Origin: Mobula hypostoma
Lineage: Eukaryota
Direction of reading: 5' to 3'
Assembly (NCBI RefSeq): GCF_963921235.1
Contig: NC_086098.1
Location: 236,902,001-236,966,000, forward strand
Length of the DNA: 64,000 bases
The first letter of the stretch is position 1, and each line of letters opens with the position of its first letter. Made by a program: the position numbers and the translations under genes. Shown in pieces: positions 23,909-36,479 of the stretch. The notes under the pieces were generated by a model. It ran no database searches and had not been told where the DNA came from. It worked only from the letters and a program-made list of their open reading frames with translations.

Positions 23909-25181
23909 CCACTGACTCTCACAGCTATCTGGACTATTCCTCTTCTCAGCCTGTCTCTTGCAAAAACGCCATCCCCTTCTCGCAATTCCTCCGTCTCCGC
24001 CGCATCTGCTCTCAGGATGAGGCTTTTCATTCTAGGACGAGGGAGATGTCTTCATTTTTTAAAGAAAGGGGCTTCCCTTCCTCCACTATCAACTCTGCTC
24101 TTAAACGCATCTCCCCCATTTCACGTACATCTGCTCTCACTCCATCCTCCCACCACCCCACTAGGAATAGGGTTCCCCTGGTCCTCACCTACCACCCCAC
24201 CAGCCTTTGGGTCCAACATATTATTGTCCGTAACTTCCGCCACCTCCAACGGGATCCCACCAGTAAGCATATCTTTCCCTCCCCCCCTCTCTCTGCATTC
24301 CGCAGGGATCGCTCCCTACACAACTACCTTGCCCATTCGACCCCCCCATCCCTCCCCACTGATCTCCCTCCTGGCACTTACCCGTGTAAGCGGAACAAGT
24401 GCTACACATGCCCTTACACTTCCTCCCTTACCACCATTCAGGGCCCCAAACAGTCCTTCCAGGTGAGGCATCACTTCACCTGTGAGTCGACTGGGGTGAT
24501 ATACTGCGTCCGGTGCTCCCGATGTGGCCTTTTATATATTGGTGAGACCAGACGCAGACTGGGAGACCGCTTTGCTGAACATCTACGCTCTGTCCGCCAG
24601 AGAAAGCAGGATCTCCCAGTGGCCACACATTTTAATTCCACATCCCATTCCCATTCTGACATGTCTATCCACGGCCTCCTCTACTGTAAAGATGAAGCCA
24701 CACTCAGGTTGGAGGAACAACACCTTATATTCCGTATGGGTAGCCTCCAACCTGATGGCATGAACATTGACTTCTCTAACTTCCGCTAGGCCCCACCTCC
24801 CCCTCGTACCCCATCTGTTACTCTTTTTTATGCACACATTCTTTCTCTCACTCTCCTTTTTCTCCCTCTGTCCCTCTGAATATACCTCTTGCCCATCCTC
24901 TGGGTCACCCCCCCCCCGTCTTTCTTCCCTGACCTCCTGTCCCATGATCCTCTCGTATCCCCTTCTGCCTATCACCTGTCCAGCTCTCGGCTCTATCCCT
25001 CCCCCTCCTGTCTTCTCCTATCATTTTGCATCTCCCCCTCCCCCTCCAGCTTTCAAATCCCTTACTCACTCTTCCTTCAGTTAGTGCTGACGAAGGGTCT
25101 CGGCCTGAAACGTCGACTGCGCCTCTTCCTATAGATGCTGCCTGGCCTGCTGCGTTCACCAGCAACTTTGATGTGTGTTGC
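23909..25181 (+). mobile_element. 5'-truncated Penelope-like element (RT thumb plus GIY-YIG) inserted in the 5' LTR
   Basis: TDSHSYLDY.S...IPFSQFLRLRRICS, GVIYCVRC...LYIGETRRRLGDRFAEH. 13-bp TSD tttaccaccgata at 23896-23908 and 25182-25194. Confidence 0.95.
25082..25119 (+). ncRNA. Minimal type I hammerhead ribozyme motif at the Penelope 3' end
   Basis: CUGACGA, 3-bp stem II, GAAA, palindromic ACGU, predicted GUC cleavage after 25114. Stem I has one mismatch. Confidence 0.65.
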
Positions 25182-26208
25182 TTTACCACCGATATGTTGC
25201 TTTTGGAAAAGAGAGAGAGAGACGAAGATTGACAGTTGGACTGTCACTTTAAGGCATTGGAAGTAACTTTGGATTGTTACTAAGTCTGGAGTTGGAGACA
25301 GCACCGAGCAGCTCGAAGGTTGCTACGGTGACCAAAGGCCGATTGTTGATGTTACTTCCAAGGACTTGTTGCCTGCTTGTGCACTTCTTTACAGACAAAG
25401 GAAGGAGGGACTCTTTGAAAGGCAGGTGATGCTCGGCCTGGTGAAATAAATAGGAGGTCAGATGATACAGACCTCAGACACATGATCTGGACACTGAATG
25501 AGCATTGTTGTGCCCGCAGAAAAAGTGGGTTTTGGAGGATCGATCAGGCGGATCGATCCAAATTGCTATTCCACCATGTGACGAAGGGGTTGACTGGTGG
25601 GGACTTGTCTATGTGTCCACGCTTGCCGGGGTGATAGCTCCACCACAGGAAAACCGGTCCCCCTGGTTAAAGTCACAGTCGGTGACTTGTAAAGGATTTC
25701 GGAGGACGACGAGAAGATCGACGGCATCAGCTCACCTGAAGACTCAACTCACACTCTCTCTCTCTCTCCATCGCTACTCAACTAAATACGACAAACTGAA
25801 CTAAACTGAACTTTACTCAACATCGTAAGACTGTATCTTTTTACCCCTAGACTTAAAGAGGCTTGGTTTTTCATACATATATATTCCACACGTACTTTTA
25901 TATATAATCATTGCTAACCTGTTTGATTTATCTACGTTTATATTACTGTATTGTGTAGTTACTAATAAATATTCGTAGTTTATAGCAATACGAGACTCCA
26001 AAGTGTTTTCCATCTCTGCTGGTTCTTTAATCCCGTCATGGGGTACGTGACAAAATCCTTTTAAACCGTCTCTGCTTTTCTGCCACGTGACATAAATTGG
26101 GGCCTGCGTCCGCGATATGAACAAATTGGTCGGGAGGCTGGTTTGAGTTGATTGGGGAAAACCCGTTTTGAAAATTCCTTTGATTGGTTGTGTGGAATAT
26201 CAGCAGAA

Positions 26209-27227
26209 ATGGATGTTGCGGAATTTTTGGAATCGCCAGACCACGTGTCCTTGAAAAAGGCGAGGAAATAGGAGTTGCGGGACATTGCTAAGGAAGTGAA
26301 TGTTGAGGTAAAGAGAGGTATGACGAAAGCAGAAATTCAAAGAAAAATAGCTGAATATTATGTCTCTATACAGACTTTTGAGGAGAGCGAGTTAAAGAGG
26401 TTTCCTGTAGAGAAAGAGGAGGTCGAGGTCCACCTAGAACTGTTAAAGATAGAGAGATTGAAATTAGAGAGAGAGGTGGCACAGAATCAGAGAGCGTTTG
26501 AAAGGGAGAGATGGCAACAGAACGCTCAGATGGTGAACCGTGAGGAGGGGTTTAGTGTCAATCGAGAAATTAAGTTAGTACCTCCATTTGATGAAGTAGA
26601 AATTGATAGGCATTTCCTACATTTCGAGAAAGTGGCCCGTAATCGGGAGTGGCCGCGGGAGCAGTGGGCGGTGTTATTAAGGGGAAGGCTCAGCAAGCAT
26701 ATGCAGCCCTGTCTCTCGAAGACGCAAAGGATTATGATAAAAGTGAAGGATGCTGTGTATAAGGCTTATGAGTTAGTACCGGAGGCGTACAGACAAAGGT
26801 TTCGAGGCTTGAGAAAGTCTTGGAACCAAACATATGTGGAGTTTGCGTATGAGAAACGGGTATTCTTTGATCGGTGGTATGCTTCGAAAGGGGCGGTTGA
26901 GAGTGTTGGCAACATGAGAGAGTTACTGTTGATTGAAGAGTTTAAAAACTGCGTCTCGGCTGAGATACGGACGCACTTAGATGAAAAAGGGGCGGCGACA
27001 CTGTCAGAAGCTGCTAAGTTAGCAGACGAATATGCCCTAACTCATAAAGTAAATATTTCCCCACGAAGAGTAACCCACAAGGGAGTAGAGATAATCTACC
27101 GGCTAAACCAGAGAGTAAACCGGGGATTAGTGATAAAAGTAAGGAGGAAGGGAAACAGTCGGGTGTAAAATTTCCCCGTTTTAAGTGTTACTCTTGTGGA
27201 AAACCTGGCCATGTGGCGTCGAATTGT
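26209..27227 (+). pseudogene. gag: Gypsy gag with SCAN-like capsid region and CCHC knuckle
   Basis: ATG at 26209, in-frame TAG at 26269, LLLIEEFKNC...EAAKLADEY, CYSCGKPGHVASNC at 27186-27227 after a frameshift. Confidence 0.85.
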
Positions 27228-27589
27228 CTTGCTGCGAAAAGGGGGTATGTTGAGAAAGCAGACAAAGAAGTTTTAACCCATGAGGTTGAGTTAACTCCAG
27301 ATGAGCGTTGGCCAGAGAATAGCTGGGAGGTTCGAGATGACCTTGAATTTGAAACTGGGACAAGTGATGACAGCCCAGAAGAGGCAGTTGTCCCGACTGA
27401 ATGTGTTCAGGTTGTTGAAGTACCTGTGAGTTCACAGGATTCTGAACCTTATGTTGAGGCCTATAGCAAGACCAGAGGTTTAAATTATGAGGTGTCAGGG
27501 ACTTTTCCATCTTCTAGATTTCAGCAGGACTTAGAGGGTAGTACAGCTGATAAGGGTAAGGTGTACAAGAAAGGTTTGTCTTTATTGAG

Positions 27590-29410
27590 CAAGGATTTTA
27601 CAGAGGAACAGAAGCGAGATTCTGGAATGGTGGCTTTAAGGGAGATGGCTATCACAGGAGAGGAGGTTCAGAGTGAGTCAGTGGGATGTTACCTTAAAGA
27701 TGGGGTGTTGATGAGGAGGTGGAGACCAGCCAGAGTGCCTGCAGGTCACGTGGTGGTTCTGGAAGGTTACAGGGCTGGAATTTTAAACATGGCTTACAGT
27801 ATGCCTTTAGGTGGATTTCATTGTGTGAGAAATGAGGAAAATTGGGATGGGGGGTTCCCCTCCTTTTATTTAGTGGTGGAGATTCGATTCAGAAGGCAGT
27901 GAAGGGTAATTTGTTGGAACCTGTGTTCAGTTACAGGCCAAAAGGACCTTTGACCCTCTTCAGAGAACTCTGGAAGGGATGTAGTAAGCTTTGTGACTTT
28001 GCCAAGGAAAGTTTACAAAATGGTCGAGTCAAAATAAGACAGTTGTTTACTGGAACTGCGGCTGGGAGAATTGTTGGAGTACAAAATGGAGTCGTGAAAT
28101 CTGATAATGGAATGGAAAAACATGTTTACCCATTGAATCTTGACTCACCAAAATGTCAGAATTCCACTGTTTTGAAAAATATTACTGATAAGGTCCACCA
28201 GTTGGTCCCAACGCCGAAAAAACAAGTAAAAGGACTAATTGGTGTTTTGAAATGGGGCACAGGTGCAATGAATCACGTCATTATGAATTTAGTCCAGCCT
28301 ATGAAATGGTATCTTCACAGAGTGAACTTTGAGAAAAATAAAATGTTTGAACAAGGAATTAGAAACAAGAAAGAACGAAGAAAGAGAATGGATGACTGTA
28401 TTGATAGAGTGGGGAAGGCTAAATACCTCGTTAAGATTGACTTGTTAAAAGGATACCGGGGAGTTCCTTTAACAGAGAGGGTTAAAGAGATATCAACATT
28501 TGTGACACTGTCTAGACTGTATGAATACAATGTTTTACACTTTGGGATGAAGAATGCTTTGGAAACATTTCAAACAATGATCAGTTCTGTGATTGGAGGG
28601 TTAGAAAGCACAGGAGTTCATATCAATGATTTAGTGGTCTGGAATGACACGTGGGAAGAGCATATTGCAGCTGTAGAAAAACAGTTTGACAGACTTTCTA
28701 AGGCCAATCTTATGGTGAACCTCGCTAAAAGTGAATCTGGCCGTGCCACAGTCACATATCTGGGTTACGTGGTGGGCCAAGGCCAGCTGGCTCCTGTACA
28801 GGCCAAGGTTCAAGAGATTGCTGAAGTTCCTGTTCCAACTGGCAAAAAAAGCTTTAAGAAGGTTTTTAGGAATGGTTGGGTATTATAGAAAATTCTGTAA
28901 GAACTTTGTTGACATCGCTCTCCCCCTAACAAAACTCCTAGGGAAAGAGCGAAAGATTTGAATGGAGTGACCTTTGCCAGGAGGCATTTGAACGTCTGGA
29001 CACTATCCTGTGTTATCATCCTGTGCTCAAAGCACCTGACTTTTCAAAGCCATTTTCAATAACAACAGGTGTTAGTGACGAAGCTGCTGGGGCAGTACGG
29101 TTACAGAAGGGAGCGAATGACATTGAACATCCAGTAGCTTATTTCTCAAAGAAATTTAATGTACACCAGAAAAATTATTCAACTGTTGAGAAGGAGTTAT
29201 TGGCACTTATTCTGGCCTTACAACATTTTGAAATTTATACTTGTCCTGCCCAAAGACCTCTTGTGATTTACACAGATCACAATCTGCTGAAGTTTTTTTT
29301 TTAAATAAAATGAAGGATAAGAACAGAAGGTTGTTAAATTGGAGTCTAGTATTGCAGGAAGGTGACTTAAAAATCAAACATGTGAAAGGTACTGACAATG
29401 TTATAGCTGA
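27590..29410 (+). pseudogene. pol: Gypsy pol remnants (IN N-terminus, RT, RNase H)
   Basis: ILNMAYSMPLGG (H2C2-like), then KIDLLKGY...FGMKNA and HIND in place of YIDD, then HPVAYFSKK...YSTVEKELLA. Frameshifted, no protease motif seen. Confidence 0.88.
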
Positions 29411-30193
29411 GTAGTTATCCCGATGTTAAGATGAAAACTGTAACCATTTTTGCTTTGTCATCTGATTTATTTTCCCTGTATTGTTCAAAACCCGGTGATG
29501 CACATTTAAAAAAAATCGTCTTCGACCATTTTTTTCCCTGAGGAAGGGGAGTGTGAGGGGATCCAGGAGTGCCCCTATTAACTGTTTGGAGAGAGACATT
29601 TATCATTGATGGTTTGTTTGGAAAGGAGAGAGAGACAGAGTTATTTACCACCGATATGTTGCTTTTGGAAAAGAGAGAGAGAGACGAAGATTGACAGTTG
29701 GACTGCCACTTTAAGGCATTGGAAGTAACTTTGGATTTTTACTGTGTTTGGAGTTGGAGAGAGCACCGAGCAGCTCGAAGGTTGCTATGGTAACCAAAGG
29801 CAGATTGTTGATGTTACTTCCAAGGACTTGTTGCCTGCTTGTGCACTCCTTTACAGACAAAGGAGGGAGGAGCTCTTTGAGTGACAGATGATGCTCAGCC
29901 TGGTGAAATAAATAGGAGGTCAGAGACATGATCTGGACTCTGAGTGAGCATTGTTGTGCCCGCAGAAAAAGTGGGTTTTGGAGGATCGATCGGGCGGATC
30001 GATCCAAATTGCTATTCCACCGTGTGCAGAAGGGGTTGACTGGTGGGGACTTGTCTATGTGTCCACCCTTGCCGGGGTGATAGCTCCACCACAGGAAAAC
30101 CGGTCCCCCTGGTTAAAGTCACAGTCGGTGACTTGTAAAGTATTTCGGAGGACGGCGAGAAGATCGACGGCATCAGCTCACCTGAAGACTCAA

Positions 30194-30224
<31 letters not shown>

Positions 30225-32837
30225 ACTACTCAACTAAATACCACAAACTGAACTGAACTGAAATTTACTCAACATCGTAAGATTTTATCTTTTTACCCCT
30301 AGGCTTAAAGAGGCTTGGTTTTTCATACATATATATTCCACACTTACTTTTATATATAGTCATTGCTTACCTGTTTGATTTATCTACATTTATATTACTG
30401 TATCATGTAGTTACTAATAAATATTCGTAGTGTATAGCAATACGAAACTCCAAAGTGTTTTCCATCTCTGCTGGTTCTTTATCCCCTTCACGGGGTACGT
30501 GACAACTCTCAGACCAGTTCTACAACCTGTCAAAGCAACCTGCAACAATCTTCCACACTATACACAACTCCACCAATCTTCGTCTTATCTCCAAGGTTAC
30601 CAATCTACTCTTGCAGTTTGTCACCCATGTCATTTTAAAAACTGATAAAGAATAGGGGTCCCAGAAAAGATCCTACGGAACATTACTGATCACAGACCTC
30701 GAGGCAGAATACTCTGTATCTACTACCATTTTCTGCTTTCTATAGGCAAGCCAATTCTTCATCCACACAGCCAAATTTCCTTGGATTAGACGCGTTCTCA
30801 ATTTCAGAAAGGGCCTACCATAGGGAACGTTATCAAACGCCTTACTAAGCATGGTATACACCATATACACTCTCTACCTTCATTACTGCGCTTTATTACA
30901 CCTAAGCTGATGCTCGTGAGGCATCACCTGCCCCTCACAAAGTCACGCCGACTATCTGTGATCATACAGTGCATCTCCAAATGATCGTAAACCCTGTCCC
31001 TAAGAATTCTCTCCAAGAAATCGCACACCACTGTATAATACCCAGGGTTATCCATGCTCCCTTTCTTTAACAACACCTTCCAGTCATCTAGAACTACTCC
31101 TGTGGCCAGTGAGGTCGCAAAAATCGTCGTCAAGGGTGTGGCTATCTCTTGGCGTCGCAACCCGCGTTATATCCCGTCTGGCCCCAGGGTCTTATTTAGG
31201 CTAATGTTTTCCAAAAGCTCTTGCACATCCTCTTTTTTAATATGAACATGTTCTCGCATATCTGCTCGTTTTAAGCTGCATTCAGAAGCGACAAAGTCCC
31301 TCTTACTTAGGGGTTCCCAAGGTTTTTATGACATGGAGCCTTATCATTATGTTGTGGTCCGTGGACTCCAGATTGGGAACCACTGCTTACTGAAGCAAAG
31401 TATCTAGTAAGGACGTCGCTTGCTTCTCCGACTACAGGCACATCTTTCCTTTACTATTTCTGATCGATCCAACCGTCACTCCAGTTATCCTCCTCCTCTT
31501 CACATACGGGTAGAAGCCTTGGGGTTTTCCCTAACTTTATTCGCTAAGGCCTTCTCCTGCTCCTCCTAGCTGTCCTAAGTCCATTCTTCAGCTCCTTCCT
31601 GGCTACCTTGTAGCTTTCTCGGGCTCTGCCTGATTACTGCTTCCTAAAAATAAGTTTTTTACTTCCTCTTGAGTAGATGTTCCACATTTCTTGTCAGCCA
31701 TGGTTCTTTAATCCTTCCATCATTTCCCGCTTCAATGAGACAAACCTATCCAGATCCCTCACCAAGTACTCCCGAAACAACCTCCACATTTCCGCTGTGC
31801 ATTCCCCTGAGTACATCGGTTGCCAACTTATGCTTCCCAATTTCTGCCTAATAGCAAAATATTTTCCCCTCCCACAATTAAATACTTTACTATACTATCT
31901 GCTCCAAGGTTATTGTGAAAGTCATTTCTCCAAATGCTCAGCCACCGAGAGATCTGACACCTGACCTCGTTCATTGCCTGGAGTCGGTCTGTCTACCTAT
32001 TGTTAGGAGTCCCTCCTGACACACCTAACAAATTGTGCCCCATCCAAACCTTTTGCACTAAGGAGACATCGATCAATATTAGGGAAATGAAGTTCCCCAT
32101 GACAAAAGCGCTGTTACTTTTTCATCTTTTCGCTCTCCCATCCCCTGCAGCCATTTGAACTGCTCATCCTCCTCTATTAGAGTGCTGTGGACTAGAGCCG
32201 AGACACCCCTAAACAGCATACCATCCGTATAATTCTTGAGATCATTATCGTAAATCTTCTCCAAACGTTTCTTGGATACGGGACCCAAAACTGCTCGTAA
32301 TGCTCTATGCGCGTTCTGACCAAGGCCGCAGAAGAGGGATGAAGCCGCTGTAGGACACAGAAATCAGTATTGATCAAGAGGGTCAGAATAAGCTGCCTGA
32401 GCTGGTTTGAATGTAATTCTGTGTGCAGCTCCTGAGCTCCACCTTATCCGCTACCAATCACCCCAAGGTACTGCGAGTAGCCAAGTGAGGACAAGCCACG
32501 ATAAACCCACTACTGTCATATCTATATTACGAGTTTTTTTTACACAAGATCTAATCGCAACATGGTCACCATCTACGGAATATCTCTCTCCATTCTACAC
32601 ACAGTGCCAGTTCAGATATAGCACAGTAAGGATAATTCTGTAGAGAACTGCGCGTCGCAAAAAAAAAAGCGGACAATCATCGCGCACATTTCTGAAATTA
32701 TTAAAAATTCTGTTTGTTCCTGGAAGCGGACAGTACGACATAATTACATTGCTTGAGGTGGCTGCACAGCCCCATTGCGGGTTTCAGTGCTTTTGACAGG
32801 AGCAAACAATCCGTGTCTACTGCCAACCGACGCGGCC

Positions 32838-33085
32838 TCATTGCGCGCAGATGGACGAAAGGATGGTTCGAGCCCTTGTTCCAGGCAGTGGCGGGTATCC
32901 ACATGTAACTGCTCAGCTTGTAGGTCTGGTCAATGTCTTGGTCTCGAAGCTATGCACGCACCAGCGGGATTTTACAAAGCCCAGCTTAAAGCCGTTCACC
33001 GGGAAGGACCAAGTGGCCGATTCCGAGCTGGTTTCGACCAGCGAGAGAAGGAGTAGCAGAAGCGAGGATTTCCACGCCTCGCTAC
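32838..33085 (-). pseudogene. IgL sigma-cart constant pseudo-exon, cluster 2
   Basis: Acceptor cgcag at 33086. Aligns to C1/C3 with deletions of 31 and 50 nt (248 vs 329 nt). First Cys is now Phe and the second Cys is deleted. DQTYKLSSY and ICAQ* are retained. Confidence 0.92.
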
Positions 33086-33997
33086 CTGCGTTTGAGAAGG
33101 TGTGGATGCGGTAGAGAGAAACTTCATTTGGTTATGGTATTCGCCAGGGACGCCACACACGGACTCGATTACCGGAGATAATTAAGACGACTTATTTCCG
33201 GGATTGAGTAAAAGGTGGGGTAGTAAACATGGACATTCGGATAAGCGGTATGAAACTTTGAACGAAGAGCTGTCATCTGTGTGACTTTGCGAATAGTATC
33301 CTTTCACCGTTGATTGGGCGAGCGTGGGTTATGATGTCCCGCGATCGGAAAGGCTCTTTGGTACCCAGGCTTCCCTGCCCAGTAACGGGAGAGGAAATGG
33401 CAGAAAAGCAGAGCGGGCCTGTGAGATAGTGAGAGGCGGGAAGACGAGGAGCCAAGCAGTTCTGACCCACCCAGATTACATCCGAAATAGCTTTAACAAA
33501 TCTGTTCTCGTTTCACTCCCTGAGAGGCCGGGCTGCCGCCCAGTACAATAGCCCAGTGTATAGTTTTTAAAAGCGATCCGTTTTCCTGTAGTATCTACAG
33601 CCAAAAAGACGTGATGCTCTTTCACAAACTGGAGCAGAATTTACCGCAGCCAGAAATATTCAGAATATTCTAATGTCCGTTGGAATCTATTGATGGCGAC
33701 TGAAATATTCCATAAAACCCAATCCCCAATTTCAAATTGTTTCTTCCTCAGTGGTTTCACAGATCCAAGCTTGTTTAGAATGTATAGATTGATTTGAGAA
33801 ATCCGGATTTGGAGATGCTTTCAGGAACAGCCCGAGGCCATTCGGCCCCTTTACCGTGTCCTGCTGGTGAATGAGATGAAAACTGCTCTGCATCAAGTTC
33901 ATCAAACCCTCGCAAGCTCTCTCTACCAGACCAAAGTTGTCTCCGCTGAGAACAGGGATTTGGAAAATCTGTAGAAACGTGCCCCCTGTTATTTTAC

Positions 33998-34190
33998 TTC
34001 AATTGTACAATAAGATTAGCCTTAAAGTACATAATTCCCAATCAACTGCTGGTTGTTTCTCTAAAGCAGCAGAATCTTGATTCCAGTCAGACGATGGGGT
34101 CATTCCTTGAAGAAAGGACAATTATTGTTTGAGGTCAGTCAATACAGCCTCAGGATACTGCGGGCTTTCCTCGGGACAACAAAACGGGGC
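33998..34190 (-). pseudogene. Heavily decayed VJ relic, cluster 2
   Basis: GTCCCGAGGAAAGCCCGCAGT matches V3 FR2 at 17/21. CTGGAATCAAGATTCTGCT resembles LEPGDSA. The position is collinear with flanks shared with cluster 1. Confidence 0.45.
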
Positions 34191-35156
34191 CAGCTATTTT
34201 CCGGCTATGTTACCAATCACCGTTCCCATCAAAGGATCAGAATTCCGGATGTTAATTATTAATTGCATTGCAGACACTGTTATCTGGAAGAACCCAATTA
34301 GCGCTGGAGGAGCTCAGTGAGTCAGGCTGCATCTATGGGGGAAAATGGACAGTTTCTGTATAAAGTCAAGATACTGCATCAGAATAATTGAATTGTGTTC
34401 AGTATATTTCCCATCTGCAAGGCAATGACCCATGGCACAATGTTGTAGAGTTATATGTTGTATGTTATGATCTGTGTTCTATGTTGTTTGCTGTAATATA
34501 TCAAATGCTCTACTACGTTCTATGTTCCATGTTGTGATACTCATGGAAGACTATTAGAAGTAAATGTCATTCATGCCATTTAGAGAACACCGAATGCTCT
34601 CTTTCAATGAGAAGGATCTGGCCACTAGCCTGTGAAATCAAATAATCTTCCCACTCCACCCCTCCTCTGCTTCCGCAGAACTGCTGAATTCTTCCCGATC
34701 CACATTCAGTTATGACCATTGACCAGAAACTACTGGATATATTAAGTAATCATTAATTAATTAATCGTAGACGATTGTGGCCCCACAAAATTATTCAGAA
34801 TCTGCCCCAATCAGAAGACCTGGATGGAACATGAGATCTGCATGTGCTTCGGGGTAGATTTGTGGCGACCATGATACAAGATTTCCAGGTACGATCTCCG
34901 GAAAGCTCTCTACCAGGCAAAGTGGCAATTCGAAACTAAACTTGAATTATTGAAGGATATTCTGAAGCTGTGGTAGGTCTTGAATACAATTACTTCTTAC
35001 AAAATAATATCAACCGACATGGGTGACAAAAGGGCTTCACTTCCAGATGAGCTCAATGCCTTCTATGCTCGCTTTTGACCATCAAAACACAGAGGAGCTT
35101 TCACGAACCTCAGCTCCCTAATCGTCTTTGGTTCATTACATACCACCCAATTCAGT

Positions 35157-36020
35157 ATAGTCATAGTCATAGTGATACTTTATTGATCCTGGGGGAAATT
35201 AGTTTTCGTTACAGTTGCACCATAAATAATAAATAGTAATAGAAATAGTAATAGTAATATTACTATTAGTAAATTGTAATAGTAATAGTCATAGAAATAA
35301 TAAATAGTAATAGAACAGCAGTAGAAAATAGTAATAAATAGTTAAATAGTAATATGTAAATTATGCCAGTAAATTATGAAATAAGTCCAACCTATCTGCT
35401 CAGGGTGTCTGACCCTCCAAGGGAGGAGTTGTAAAGTTTGATGGCCACAGGCAGGAATGACTTCCTATGACGCTCTGTGCTGCATCTCGGAGGAATGAGT
35501 CTCTGGCTGAATGTACTCCTGTGCTCACCCAATACATTATGTAGTGGATGGGAGACATTGTCCAAGATGGCATGCAACTTGGACAGCATCCTCTTTTCAG
35601 ACACCACCATCAGAGAGTCCAGTTCCATCCCCTCAACATCATTGGCCTTACGAATGAGTTTGTTGATCCTGTTGGTGTCTGCTACCCTCAGCCTTCTGCC
35701 CCAGCACACAACAGCAAACATGATAGCACTGGCCACCATAGACTCGTAGAACATCCTCAGCATCGTCCGGCAGATGTTAAAGGACCACAGGAAATAGAGA
35801 CGGTACTGACCCTTCTTGTAGACAGCCTCAGTGTTCTTAGACCAGTCCAGTTTATTGTCAATTCGTATTCCCAGGTATTTCTAATCCTCCACCATGTCCA
35901 CACTGACCCCCTGGATGGAAACAGGGGTCACCGGTACCTTAGCTCTCCTCAGGTCTACCACCAGCTCCTTAGTCTTTTTCACATTAAGCTGCAGATAATT
36001 TTGCTCACGCCATGTGACAA
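35157..36020 (-). mobile_element. Rex1/Babar-type LINE 3' part
   Basis: LRMFYESMVASAIMFAVVCWG...HPLH...TERHRKSFLPVAIKLYNS with an AT-rich 3' UTR and a (tagtca)n tail. Confidence 0.85.
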
Positions 36021-36479
36021 ACAGTAGCTGATCCCCCTGTTAGGCTCAATAACAAACTGCGATACTACCATTTAAAAGCCATTTGACAGGTACATGGATA
36101 GGACAGGTTGGAGGCATATGGATCAAACACCAGCAAATTGGATTGGCTTAGGTGAGCAACTGGTTGGCATTATCTCGTCCGGCAGAAGGGCCTGTTTACT
36201 TTTTGTACGAATCTCTGACTCTACAACATTTCACGCATTCCCTCCATTACTTACATATCCTCCCATGACTAGAAAGGTCAGATCTAAGCACAATATTCCA
36301 ACGGTGCTGCCACGAGGGTCAAATATAAATGCAGTTATATCTCTTTACTTTGTACTCAAGTAGTCTTGAAACAAAGGCCAAGGAACCTCTTGCGTTATTT
36401 CTGGTTTGTCACACTTGTGAACATTTTGTGATATAGAACACGTTTGAATCTTGCGGAATATTGGTAGTTCGGGTTGATT

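Larger units (their letters stand above)
23804..30504 (+). mobile_element. Gmr1-like Ty3/Gypsy LTR retrotransposon, internally deleted
   Basis: LTRs at 23804-26052 (interrupted) and 29552-30504, TG...CA termini, 4-bp TSD ACTC (23800-23803 and 30505-30508). tRNA-Pro-like PBS at ~26098-26116 and PPT at 29540-29551. Integrase remnant lies upstream of RT-RNase H. Confidence 0.93.
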
